Shown piece by piece: positions 14,892 to 28,869 of a stretch of DNA of 64,000 nt. The first letter of the stretch is position 1. Each line of letters starts with the position of its first letter. The DNA lies in NCBI RefSeq assembly GCF_009914755.1, contig NC_060937.1; one strand, written 5' to 3'. Source of the DNA: the human T2T-CHM13v2.0 reference genome, Homo sapiens. The notes under the pieces are model-generated. The model was not told the DNA's origin. It was given only the letters and a program-made list of their open reading frames with translations, and did no database searches. Both the position numbers and the translations under genes were made by a program.

Positions 14892-15957
14892 GCCTCTTTC
14901 TTAATGAAAGCACACAAAATAAAAATTAAAATTAAAAATCTTAGAAATGACACTTAAATCCTTCAGTGTTCTAAATACTGCAGTCCTAAATCAGAATACT
15001 ATTTCACTTTTTCCCATCTTTCTTTTTCATTTGCTTTAATTTGTTGGTGTTTTAATTTTGTTCATATTCCCAAGAAAACTTTATTTACAAAATGTCAACA
15101 TGGTCTAAATTAATCTGCCAAAGAAGAAAAAGTTATTAAAGGGAAATTCTGGAACAGTCACATTTTTTATGAAGCATATAAAAAAGAAAGTAGAAAGTAA
15201 TTTTTAATTGGCCAATAATTTAATGAGCTTGAAACTTGCGTGACATACTTCAAAGGTTATCATTAGCAAGTTTTTTAAAGTAAGTTATTTGGGATTTTGG
15301 GTATTGGGCTTTATTTAGAAGCACACTGGTCTTGCGTCTTTTTTTTCCTTATTTAATTCAGTCCAGTCCCACAAGATATTTAGCCATTGTTTTACATTGG
15401 TAAACTACTTCAGATGAGCCTTAAGTGTGATTTTGCTTGCCTGTGTCATTACTTGGGCATTCCCTGTTCATTCTGCATTCTTCCTCACCACATGCCCAAA
15501 TTATACTTCTATTCAGTCCAAACTGTCAGTATCAGATCAAGTAACTCTCAGCTTCTATTTATTTATTTATTTTAATTTAATCATTGGCCTAACATTTTTC
15601 TTCTGCCTACTGAATAGGGCATCTGGTCAAACTTCTATTTGTCAGTATATAGCTCCTTAACCCTGTGAAAACAGCTAACTAAACTGCATTTTATGGCCAC
15701 CAGTCTAAGTCTAGGCTAAATTTTCTCTGTTTGATTTATCTTACCCAAAATTGGAGCACGTTTTGTTGATCCTTCTCTAACCATGCTTGTTGTCTTTTCT
15801 TTCCAACATTTTTACTACTTTATTTCTTCTTCCTAAATATTTTTGTTAAATTATGTTAGTTCCTTTGCATAGGCTGTCATCCTATCTCTATAATGCTGAC
15901 AAATTAGCTTTCTCTAACAAAATCAAAACACTGTTATATCTCCAAACATTTTTGAAT

Positions 15958-16131
15958 AGTCAATCTGTACCATGGGAAAGAAGATGAGTTTTCAAGTCAG
16001 AATATATATATTCTGACTTGAAAAGTATAGATAGATAGACAGATAGATAGACAGATAGATTGATAGACAGATATAGATAGACAGATACTGACTTGAAAAC
16101 TCATCTCCTTTACCTTGAGTACAGATTGACT
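15958..16131. repeat. Nested inverted repeat enclosing a GATA/GACA microsatellite
   Basis: Perfect 36-bp palindrome at 15989-16024. Arm 15958-16000 is also inverted at 16088-16131. Confidence 0.85.
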
Positions 16132-16138
16132 GTTATTC

Positions 16139-16142
<4 letters not shown>

Positions 16143-16180
<38 letters not shown>

Positions 16181-16291
16181 ATATAAATATGCACATATAT
16201 ATGAACATATATATGTGTACAGGTATGTGTATATATATATACACACACACACATATATATACATAAACATGTGTGTGTGTGCATATACATA
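16143..16291 (+). repeat. (TA)n/(CA)n/(TG)n compound microsatellite
   Basis: Read directly. Confidence 0.9.
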
Positions 16292-16490
16292 TCAAACAAC
16301 TGTCTCCACTGCTTCTTAGTTATAAATTATTGATCAAGTCAACTAACTAACCTGAGACTTAGAGTCCTCATTTTATTAATGGAGCTAATTGCATGCACTG
16401 TATAGGATCTTGCGGAAAATAAATTACAGTATATAAAATGTCTCCTAGTATGGTGCATTGTACATGGTTGACATTCAAAAATGCTTCCTA

Positions 16491-16839
16491 GGCCGGGTAT
16501 AGTGGCTCATTTCTGTAATTCCAGCATTTAAACACAGTGTGACCTTATCTCTATTAAAAAAATTAAAAATTAGCTGGGCATGGTGGCATATGCCTATAGT
16601 TCCAACTACTAGGGAGGCTGAGATGGGAGGATTGCTAGAGCCCAAAAGGTCAGGAGGTTGAGGCCACACTGAGCCAGTGATCACACCACTGCACTCCAGT
16701 CTGGGTGACAGACTGAGACCCTGTCTCAAGAAGAAAAAAAGTTTATTTTTATTCTTTTATTCTTACTCCAGCCTGGGTGACAGATTGAGACCCTGTCTCA
16801 GATAAAAAAAAAAAAAAAAAGGTTTCTTTTTATTCTTTT
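16491..16839 (+). mobile_element. AluJ with left-arm deletion and a tandemly duplicated 3' end
   Basis: Alu at 16491-16740. Its 3' end plus flank (16693-16764) is repeated at 16765-16839. Confidence 0.85.
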
Positions 16840-16999
16840 TCACAATTTCGTCTGGTGCTCATTTGACTTTCTAGTGGAGACCCACATATACATACACAGT
16901 ACAAAATGTTGTGAATGTACCAAATCTCAAAATGATTAACATAGAAACATGCCTCATGAGTAGAATTTACTTTCTCTTTTTTATGTCTGAGTAATTCTA

Positions 17000-17133
17000 T
17001 TTTTTTATTTTTTATTTTTTCAGAGATGGGGTCTCACTATGTTGCCCGGGCTTGTCTTGAACTCAGCTCAAGCAATCCTTCCACCTTTGCCTCCCGGAGT
17101 GCTGGGATTACGGGTGTGAGCCACCGTGTCCCT
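17000..17133 (-). mobile_element. Alu left monomer (FLAM-like)
   Basis: Poly-T followed by a single reverse monomer. Confidence 0.8.
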
Positions 17134-17495
17134 GAATTTACTTTCAAAAGTATACTCACGAACTTAAATAATTCAACACAAAATAAAAAATGTACTTTGA
17201 TATCCAGTTTTAAAAGAAGAAAAACTAACTTCTATTAAATACCTTAACACTAAAATGAAAGTGTTCAGTGACTCAAAATAAATCTTTCTGAACCATAACT
17301 CTGTAGTCTTAAACACAGTATATCTATGATATGTGACTAAAAGGCATAATGTTTGAAAATATCATATCACAATAATTATGGTGATTTCCCCTATCAAGGT
17401 AATAAAACTGAATTATATAAATTCATTCTTAGGGATGTATATTTATTGTTTCATTGAACATTATGCATTATATATTTCTTATACTCAAAATTGAT

Positions 17496-17798
17496 GGCCA
17501 GGCTCTGTGGCTCATGCCTGTAATCCCAGCACTTTGGGAAGCTGAGGCGGGTGGATCACCTATGTTCAGGAGTTTGAGACTAGCCTGGCCAACATGGTGA
17601 AACCCCATCTCTACTAAAAATACAAAAGATTAGCTGGCATAGTCGTGGGAGCCTGTGATCCCAGGTACTTGGCAGGCTGAGGCAAGAAAATCTCTTGAAC
17701 CCGGGAGGCTGAGGTTGCAGTAAGCTGAGATCGTGCCACTGCCCTCCAGCCTGGGCAATAAGAGCGAAACTCCATCTCAAAAAAAAGTAATAAAAAAA
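17496..17798 (+). mobile_element. Alu (AluS-type)
   Basis: Consensus Alu with A-tail. Confidence 0.93.
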
Positions 17799-20209
17799 GC
17801 ACTATATCCATGTAATGTATACCAAAACATATTACTTATTTTAATCTCCTTCACTTGGCCTAAATATTCTCACCTTGTAGGAAATATTAGCTATAATATA
17901 TTTCAATGTGATTATTTAAAAGTCTAAAACCTACAACATTGTATTCCAAAAACTAGAAACTGTGATTTGAGGAAGAGATCTTGCTGGAATATTTTTATTT
18001 TGCAAAGAACTAATACCAAAAATGTGTACATAGTTTCAAAGATTTGAAGTCTCTAAAAATGTCCCTGTGAAATAAGCACACATATACTTCCTTGATAATT
18101 GCACACATTTTGATTTTTAAAAACATTTTTTCAAATTCAGAACATATTTCTTCACTCTGTTTTTCTTAGGAGAAAAATCTGAATATTAGCCCAATTTTTA
18201 AGTTAGGGTGTTAAAAATCTCAGAAAAGTTTATTCACACCTCTGAGGCTAAAAGAAATGCCTTTTAACCAGAACATAAGATTTTTAGAACCATACTAGAA
18301 GTCACTACCTCTTTGTATAATCAAAAATAGAAAACAAAGTACACATTTAGAACTTAACTATGAGACAGAAATTAATTTACGTAATGAATACTGAGAGGAA
18401 ACAAGGTAGGAAGGAAGGAAGTTTCTGTATATCACTTCTTCTAAAAAATGGAATACAAAGAGTGTCATAATCATGTTTTTGACTCTTACTGGGGGGTGGC
18501 TCACAAATTTACAAGCAGATATTGTTACATTAAAGCAATTTCAATGCTCTAATAGAAGGTTATGAATTTGCAATGGAAAGTTACTTGAATTTCACACTGT
18601 AGAGCTGTTAGTGGTAAGTAATTATACCACTGTATTTCCAATGATGAAGTCCCATCTCTGTGCTTGTTCCCTTCCCAGTGGAAAATATCTTGTAAAGCAA
18701 AGAGTGGCTAAGGGATTCAGGAGGAGGAAAACACATACCATAAAATATAATTAAGAATTGTGGAGGCTGCATATGACAAGAATAACCATAAAAAACAGAT
18801 ACAAACCAGCTGGCTGTTAACAACTTCTGAGTTATAAAAATCTTAAACCTGCTGTAAAGCACTCAATTCAATTTACATAACCACAGAGCTGACATTCCTT
18901 TTAGGCTCCTCTGTTGGGGATTTTCTTTTTTTTTGACATGTTTTAAGGCAACATAAAAAGCAACTGTGAAAAGAAGACATGTATCATCTTACACAGGAAT
19001 TTATTCCTGCTTTAAGACTGGACTTTCAAACTTTAATTTGAACCTCTTCCCTTGAAGTGGAAAATATCTTTAATGGACATTGGCTGTCTGATTTTACAGC
19101 ATTAGTTTTTAGATGTTCATGTTTCTAACAACACTAATGCTTTTTCTGTGTGTTATGTGTTGTGTGTATTTGAGTCACTGGCATTATACAATTTCAATTC
19201 AGTGGTACCCATTCAAGAACCAATATCCATGGTCTATAAGAAGAGAATAATATTTTGGTCAACCATGACTGAAACAACTATAATTTCTTAGGAACCTAAT
19301 GATGCAAACAGCATTGTACAAAACTAACATAGCCTGCTGTAGGGAATTAAAAATAAACAAAATAAAATAAAATCAATTGTACATTGAGTGAAATTTTGAT
19401 GTATAAGTGCTGGCAGCCGAAATTGCCCTGAGCACAAAATGAGCTTTCCTGTTTGATAATTTGCTTGATTCACTATGTTGCTACATGCAGGGCACTTTAT
19501 GGCTGACTTATATTAAATCCAGTCACCTGCTTAATGTTAGAAGGGTCATAATTATATACAAGGGTTTTGAACATACAGCATGTCAATATTTCAGATCTGG
19601 CATATAAAATATGTATACCCATTTTCAATTTAACAATTTTAAAATATGTTTGGTAATAACTTTAGGGTTATAATACAACACAAAATCATTCTATTTTCAC
19701 CAAGAATAAAGTAAGCAAATGTATTGGGGTTATGAGACAACCATAGCCCCATATATTGGGACGAGCAGAGGCATGGAGTTATGAATTCAAATTCTCTGCC
19801 ATTATCTGGCTGATTTTCAGCAGCAAACCCTAGTCTTAATTTCTCATGGTACTACATGTACCACAGAAAGTTGTTGGGAGATGATATAGTATATGGATTC
19901 TTAAAATATGTTAGGATTTTAAATAAATCTCTAAAATATTTTTATGTAATGTGTAAGCTGCCTTTTGTTATGTTAGATTATGTTAGGAATTATAGTTAAC
20001 TCCTTCAGTTCTTTAGTCTGTGTAATTATTTAAAACAGAAATTACCACTAATAAAAAGAGAGAAATCAGTCTAGCTGTTATAGAAGAAATAATGAGTTTC
20101 TTTTTAGTCACTGACAAGTTTAAAATGACATCAAATGTCCAATATCTAGTGATAGACGTAACACTCTTTAGAGAGTATTATGGATAAAGTGATGAAAATA
20201 ATAAAAAAA

Positions 20210-20274
20210 AGGACATGAGATTGTTCTATAACATTGTTATAGAAAAAGATTGTTATAGAACAATCTCATGTCCT
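20210..20274. repeat. Perfect 24-bp inverted repeat with a 17-bp spacer and nested hairpin
   Basis: AGGACATGAGATTGTTCTATAACA (20210-20233) and TGTTATAGAACAATCTCATGTCCT (20251-20274). Confidence 0.92.
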
Positions 20275-21619
20275 AGACAGGGGAAAAGCAAAAAGAAGTT
20301 TTCAAATATCTTTATAAGATTTTCCATGTTGTTTATTACAAAGAATAACAGTAATACTAGCTGCTTAAACACACATACACACACAGACACATACATATAT
20401 ATATATGACTCATAAGAACAATTTTAATTTTGTTACATTGTTTTATCTTGAGTAAATATGAACTTAATCACTAGAAAATATCTTAGCACATAGTAAAATT
20501 AATTTCCTGAGATATTTTCAATTTAATTTTTATTAGGTAAAATATAAGGATTTTATTTTTTGTCACTTAAATCTGTCAAAGGACAAATTAAAGTAGCAGG
20601 AAAAAAGAAAGAACATGATTTACTATGTTCTGGGATATTACAACATTTTCTATACAATGGAATAATTAATGGAAGACTATCAATATAGATGACTATGTAT
20701 ATGATTAGACAGATTAATACATCTAAATATGATATAATCAAATGTGTGTATTTTATATTTCAAACACTTAACTCAAAAATTATATTGTTTCCATATAATC
20801 CTGAGAAGGAGGATACATTTCCTAGATTATATGTTCCCATAATAAAATATCAAATGAAAATCTTCAAGAAAAAAAGATCCCTTGAAATTAAGTTTATTTC
20901 TATTTCATAGGCAGATTGAATCTTAGAATTAATAATAACTATAACATTATCCTAAATGTAAAACATCCCTGTACAACACACCTGGGAGAGAGTACTCAAG
21001 GCATTTCTAATGAGATTTCCATGCAATATGGTCCACACAGTTTCTCAGTGGGCTCATATTTGAACCATTTTTTCTCCCATGAGTGACAGTCACTCGTTCA
21101 GTCCTGCCTTCTGGAACAATGGAGAATTAATCTGTAACCTCCGTAACTATATCCAAAGACAGTGATAATGTCCCTACTCAGAGCCCCCATTCTTCTCTAA
21201 ATATTCTCATTTCCTTCAACCAATGTTAATGTAATAACTTCCAGTTGTGATTACCCAATTTGGGCAATGTTTTCTATCATGACCTCTCAAGACGTAACAA
21301 CCACAAATGGACACAATACTGTTGATATCGTCTAAGCAAACAAGGCTGCTGCCAAAACAAAGCAATATGTAGAGTTTGTCAGCAGCCACACAGCATCAAA
21401 TTTAAAATAGACTTCAGTGAATCACCATGTTGGCAACGGTACACAGAGGTTTTGTTCCCAGATGTAAAAATCTTGCTTAGGTTGAAAACATCAAATACTA
21501 TTGTTAAAAGGGTTCAGAATGAAATAAACTGATGAATACATGCTTTTTTAAAAATCACGATCAAAATATAACAACCATAAATGATCCCAATGCTGCCGAT
21601 AAACATACAAGACTGTCAC

Positions 21620-21810
21620 CTTGTGATTCAGGAAACAGGCTTGGCAGTTATGTTAACAGTCTTGAGCAAGAAAAATCAGTGCCAAAATTTACTCATCTGT
21701 AAAATGGAAATGGTAATAACTACCCACAGATATTTTATCAGTATTAAATGAGCTAATATATGTAAAAGGACTTAGTAACTGAAATATGATAAATCCCAAT
21801 AGATGGTAAC
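21620..21810 (+). mobile_element. MIR fragment
   Basis: ctcatctgtaaaatggaaatggtaataac...attaaatgagctaatatatgtaaaa MIR core. Confidence 0.65.
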
Positions 21811-24800
21811 AATTACTAATACTCTAATGATCTAAAAATTACATATTCATTAATCAGTCAGTGATTGCCTTGAATCTTCAAACAGCCACATTATATGCTT
21901 TGTAATACCATGAAACTCATATATTTTTCCACAAAAAATATTGCTATCGGATTTAATTTTCATATTTGTGTTGTACAAATGAAGTTTTGAGTTGAATCAT
22001 ACTCTTTTTAAGCCAATATAAAAATGGCACTTTCCACTATAATGAGAATAATTATGCCTTTAACCCCTAGTTTTCTCTTCCTCTTTGAAAAAATTTATAG
22101 TGCTGTTATGTAACTCTCTTGGTATTGCTACTTTGTACCTTCAATTATAGATTACTGAGTGGCAATGTCATTCATCTTTGCAACTCATCATAAATATTTG
22201 TTGAATATTTATGAAAGGAACATTTCTAAAGTGCGCATTTCACAAATAAATTTTGAAATAGTTATGAATATATTGTATGATATCTAATATTCACTTCAGA
22301 TTTTCTGCAACAAGAAGATACTCTATTTAATGACTATGAATATTTTACTTATTTGGAAATAAAGGGTGTGTGTAATTGTGTATATGATTGTGTGTGTGTG
22401 TGTGTAACTTCTCCAATTGAGAATAAAATGTATCAAAAGTAGATGGAGGAGTTAAACAGCAGAACAACAGAGACAATAATTCAATAACATCAATCAGTTA
22501 TCTTTGTTACTTTGATTCTTTCATCAGAACTTAGCCTCTGCTAAACACAGGCTTCATAAACAACTTTGTCATTTTAAATGTTTTAAATAAAACATAAGAG
22601 AAAAAAATGCAAAGAGAGGAGAAAGCAAAAAGCTAGATTGAAAAGACAGACAATTCAAATTTGAGGAGTAGAGCCTAGGTTCAGGTGAAAAACATGCAAC
22701 AGATACATGCTTTCTGGTCAAGGCATTATTGGAGAAAAGATTCAAGGGTTGACAGCTAAACAATGTGCTACTGGAGCACTGAAATGTAGAGAAACTCACG
22801 CTCAGAAATTTAAAGGAATTGCCAACATTTGCTTACTAGCCACAAATATTTAGTGGTTAAGGTTAATCAACCTTACAGGGACCCAAATCTCCTTAAGAAA
22901 GAGCCCAGTTTTATAGATGCCCAACTATTAGCTTATCTAACCCTGCTAGTTTCAGAGTGAATATAAATAAGAAATAGAGATTCTGGAGACTCCAGTTTTT
23001 CAATTGTTTTAAAAAACCAATTCACCAGGTATTTGACGATAGTTGATATAATTCACACGGCTGTCTCAAATAATATGGCCATGTAGATTTCCAGAGTTCA
23101 ATATGTAAAGTTCATTAATATCCACATAATTTTTCATTTAAAACAGATTTAAGTGAATCACCTGTTGGAAACAGTACACTGAGGTTTTATTCCCAGATGT
23201 AAAATCTTAGTTAGGTTGCAAATACCCAATGCTATTGTAAAAAAAATCTCCAGTGTGAAGTAGATTGGTGAATACATGTCAAAAAAAATCATGATCAAAC
23301 CTGGCATTTTTGTTGACAGACTTTGTAGTGAGGCCAAAGGTGTAATTAGGCCAGAAAATTACTTTCTCACCACTAGAATTGTTCCCTTCAGGTCTTGAGT
23401 TATCAGTCCAGAAAATTTCATTTAACACTAAATTCACTTTAAGACAACTGTCAAAATTAAGCAGAGGTGAGTCAAGTCAAGGTCCTAATATTCAAATCTC
23501 TCATTTGGATTTTGAGATTCAATACAAAATAAAAATGCTATAGGTTCATTTTTCTATCAAGACTAAACTTTTTGTGAATTTAAGAAACAACCTGTTCTTT
23601 TGGAAAACAGGATAAAGCAGAATAACTAAATACATGTAGAATTTGAGATGCTTACTAGCCATAAATGGTTGAAACAATCTCTATTCCCTGTTCAATAAGA
23701 TCTTGGTGTGAAAACAATAAAAACATAAAAGGACCCACAATTGTTATAGATGCAATGCAAGGGGGGAATGATACTAATGACAGAATTGTGAATTTACCAT
23801 ATTTGCTTTAAAATGATGGGAGTTGGCTGTAGTATATTTATAAATAACTGGTGTACCACATTTTCAAAAATGGAAAGAAATAGGATATTTTGGTACATAT
23901 TCCATAGATTTTTGAGCAAGAACTCAGTGTTAATAAACACAAAGGAAATATACTTTATACAGCATGGTAGGATTATGAGTGACGCCTTCGTATTTTCCAA
24001 AATCTTGTAATAATAACATACAAATTGAATATTTGAAAAATAGCTTCAACTACTTTTGCTAATTATATCAAACAGTTTAATGTCTAATATAGTATCATGA
24101 AAAGTATGACCATAATTTCTGGAGCCAAAGAGCTTATGCTGAACTTCCCTTGGATGCCAATTGTGACATTGCTTTGACCAGGAGCTTTATCAATTGCACA
24201 AATAAATAATAACACAGAGATTTACTACTAATGAGCAATAGGGTAAATGAAGACTATAAGAGTGAGTTATTAATAAAAGTTAAGAAATTATTTTTTCAAT
24301 TATTTAGGGTAAAGTAGCATGCTTGGGACTTACAGCTAACACTACAATGTGTTGAACTATTTATAACGTTCAGAAATAACTCTAATAGCATAAAACATTT
24401 GTCAGTCTATTAGTACTGCATTATTTAGCAAACAAAGTGCAATGTAAAAGAAAAAAAAAGTTTAGTAGACTTTTCCACACTCAATAAAGTAATAGCTAAG
24501 TTAGAACTAAAATTCAAACATAATGGAATATTAATGAATTAAGCTTGGTCAATAATGTGGAAATATAATTTTTAAGATCTCTCAATCTATCATTTTGCTA
24601 CCCCCATATACCCTACCTCCAAAAAATCATGAGACTGAACATCTCAACACTTTAAAATGTAACTATAAAATATATAAATCTTCAAAATGAAACTATTTTA
24701 AAACAGTTCTTAAGCTTTCCACCAGTATTATGAGAGAAATAAAACACTATCTAGAAGATATTATGGTGTAAACTAGTGACCAAAACGCCTACTATGCAAT

Positions 24801-25059
24801 AATTTAACTTACATGTCCAATACATGCAGTGGTGCTGTAAGAAGTTTCTGAAATTAGGATTAAGCATGCTAATGAAAATCTGAGGTGTTCTTTTAAAATT
24901 TGACCCTGTCCTTTAAAAAGTTCATCTAACAATTTTTTATCAATGAAAAATTCAATTCATCTTCTTTCAATTCTGATCAAAATATGAATGTTACCTAAAG
25001 AGATTAATGGATTCCTTGGAAATAGCATAAGTGATAGTGAAAACAAGATTTATAATTAT

Positions 25060-25240
25060 TTATCACTGAATTCAATCCCCAATTGGGCCCTTCATTTCCA
25101 TTTGAGCAGACTATTTAAATTTTGTGTACCTTAATACTCATCTGTTAAATGAGACAAACAACACCTCCTTCATAAATTGACACGAGAAATAAATGAAATG
25201 ATATATTAGCTATTAGCAATGTTCCTACCATGTAGTAGTT
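25060..25240 (+). mobile_element. MIR fragment
   Basis: ctcatctgttaaatgag...ataaatgaaatgat MIR core. Confidence 0.55.
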
Positions 25241-25917
25241 AGTTATGAATTGTTTGCAGTGCCTTTTGTTTTAACCAATTTATTATACTTACTAATGGAA
25301 TCATATTTAATTTAACAACATTTTGGCCAGAAACTACGCTAGCAATAGAAGATGCAGTGGTAAAAAAATATACATAGACATAAATATTGATTGTATATAT
25401 AAAAGTAGTTGGAATTTTAAAATTAAATGCAAATGTAACTGACAAGTTGTTTTTACTTCTGTTGATTATATCCTATGTACAAAGTCTTAATAAATATGCT
25501 TTATAAATGCAAGAATATCTATAAAAGAGATGTGAGAAGTACTATGTAGATAAGCTCAAGCAATTATTTGGAAGCAAATTTCAAATATTTTTCATTTGTC
25601 AAAATATTCTTTATTGTGGTCTGCATCTGCAATATGGCCATGGCTATTCTAACCCATATGGTGAGAATTATAAATTTGAATAAGCCTTTTAAAAATTATT
25701 TCTAAAAAGTAATATTCTCTTTGAATATACTAATTGGGTTTCCAACTATGCTACTTATGAAATGCTAAACTTATGCATTTTATTGGATTTATTATAAAAA
25801 TAAATCAGTTGAACATGTAATAATCAGTAATGAAAAGATGACATAAAAATATGTCCAGAGAATAAAGAACCCTGCATGCTAGTTGATATGACATTTTAGG
25901 AGCAAAAAGTGATATTA

Positions 25918-26238
<321 letters not shown>

Positions 26239-27741
26239 ATGAAGCAGCTGCAGATGTCAAATTTTATGTACAGGTTTTTTCATATAGAATAGGAATATGT
26301 ACACATGAAGGCCTATAACAAGGAATTTTCAATATTTTTTAAAGAGAAACTGAGAAAAAAACAGCAGCACAGTCAATTCTTTACATGACTAAGATCTCAC
26401 TTTAAATCTCTCTGAATCTCTTACAGATAAAAGAAACATGGCCAGATAATGGTAGTCCATGACATATGTGTTTAATTATAATCCTGAAATTTAAAATATT
26501 AATGCATAGAAACTCCAGAAGCAATAGATTCTCTGGAATTCAGGCCAAGATCAAAAGTGGTCTAGGCAGAATTTGCTGGACAGACAGTCAACATATTCAA
26601 GGTAAAATGAAGATTGCTGTTCAGATGATGGGATGATACGCTAATGGGAGTGATAATGCTGACAGTTTTTATGATCAATTTTAAAAAATCAAAGGAAGCA
26701 AACCACCCCATTTCATTAAAATAATGGCATTGGTATTTGGAGGAAGTACATATTTCTAAAATGTCTATATTCCAATAGTTCTCTCTCATTGATACATATA
26801 GTATTTTATTATAGATGATTGATGTGGAACTCACTGTAATTTCAAAAATTCATAGAATATTATTATGTCATGAAATCCATGCCGAGAAAGCAATTGCCAT
26901 TATAAATCAAAAAGACAACTCATATGGACAGGTCATATGGTAACAGGTTCTCCTTGGAATAGTATCCTTAAACTTAATTTATTCAATAAGTTACTTAAAG
27001 GTTAGGTATGATGAGATGAATTTCATGCTCAAATAACTTCAAAATATCATTATATTGTAACACTAAGGGATTAATTTTCTTGGAATTTAGACATACTTGC
27101 ATTTATATTCATTTGAATCAACATGGTTCCATGGAATCCTACTTAAACATTTCTCCATAATTTAATTCCCTAAAAGAATTTTATTAAGCAATATAAGATA
27201 ATAGATAATACAAAGGGCATTTACTGCTTTAATAGATAAATGAAGGTATCCAAATAGAGGGATACATTTGAAAAACTTTCACAATGTTACATTTTCAAAT
27301 TTAGAAAATAGATGTTTTAATAGGAAAACGAATAGGTCCAAAACTTGACTTTTAAGGAATAATGCTTTACTTTGGGAACTAAACATTTTATTGCCTTTAA
27401 TATTAAACATTTTACATGTTTAAAGATAATCTTGATAATATAGCATCACATTTGTAAATTAAACCCAAAATAATAACTTACATTTGCATAGTTCTTTGGA
27501 ATAAACAGAGTGTTACATCCCCTTTAATCCTTAAAAACTCAACACTCTTTCCTGAAATTATATCCTTACATCCCAGGAAGTAAGCTCAAATAATTAAAAA
27601 TATATATCTTTAGAAAAATAGTCTCTCCAAAATTATTGCATTTCTGAAATGAAAACTAATGGAAATGTGTTTTATCTGAATAGAATGATATTCAATCAAA
27701 AAGTCATGTAGGATGTATTCCAGTAAGTTAAATATGAATCA

Positions 27742-28185
<444 letters not shown>

Positions 28186-28390
28186 TTATAACCTGATGCC
28201 ATAAATATGGGAAAGAACCCATAATTCCCAGAACTGATATATTCAAACATTCAAATAGAGAGATAAATAACTGGTATTCCATGTGAAACAAAGCAAATTA
28301 TCTGTTTTAAAAATCATCATCATAAAACTCTGAATCGGATGGCATCTTGCTATGTCACACTTTGCAAAGTGTTTTGTGATCACATTAGCT

Positions 28391-28869
28391 CAGGGGTACC
28401 CAAACTCCAGGCCACAGACCAGTATGGGTCCTTGACCTGTTAGGACCTGGGCCACACAGCAGGAGCTGAGTGGCAGGTGAGCAAGCAAATCTTCATCTGT
28501 ATTTGAAGCCACTCCCCATTGTTTGAATTAGCGCCTGAGCTCCATCTCCTGTCAGATCAGTGAGGACATTAGAGTTTCATAGGATCAGGAACCCTATTGT
28601 GAACTGCACATGCGAGAGATCTAGGTTGTATGTTCCTTATGAGAATCTAATGCCTGATGATCTGTCACTGTCTCCCATCACCTGCAGATGGTGTGGTGAG
28701 TTGTATTATTTCATTATATATTACAATGTAATAATAATAGAAATAAAGTGCACAATAAATATAATGTGCTTGAATCATCCCAAAACCATACTTCCCACCC
28801 ACCCCCATCAGTGGAAAAAATGTCTTCCACAAAACCAGTCCCTGGTGCCAAAAAGGTTGGGGACTGCTG
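28391..28869 (+). mobile_element. MER1A hAT-Charlie DNA transposon
   Basis: CAGGGGT...GGTGCCAAAAAGGTTGGGGACTGCTG termini; 8-bp TSD CATTAGCT/CATTCGCT. Confidence 0.88.
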
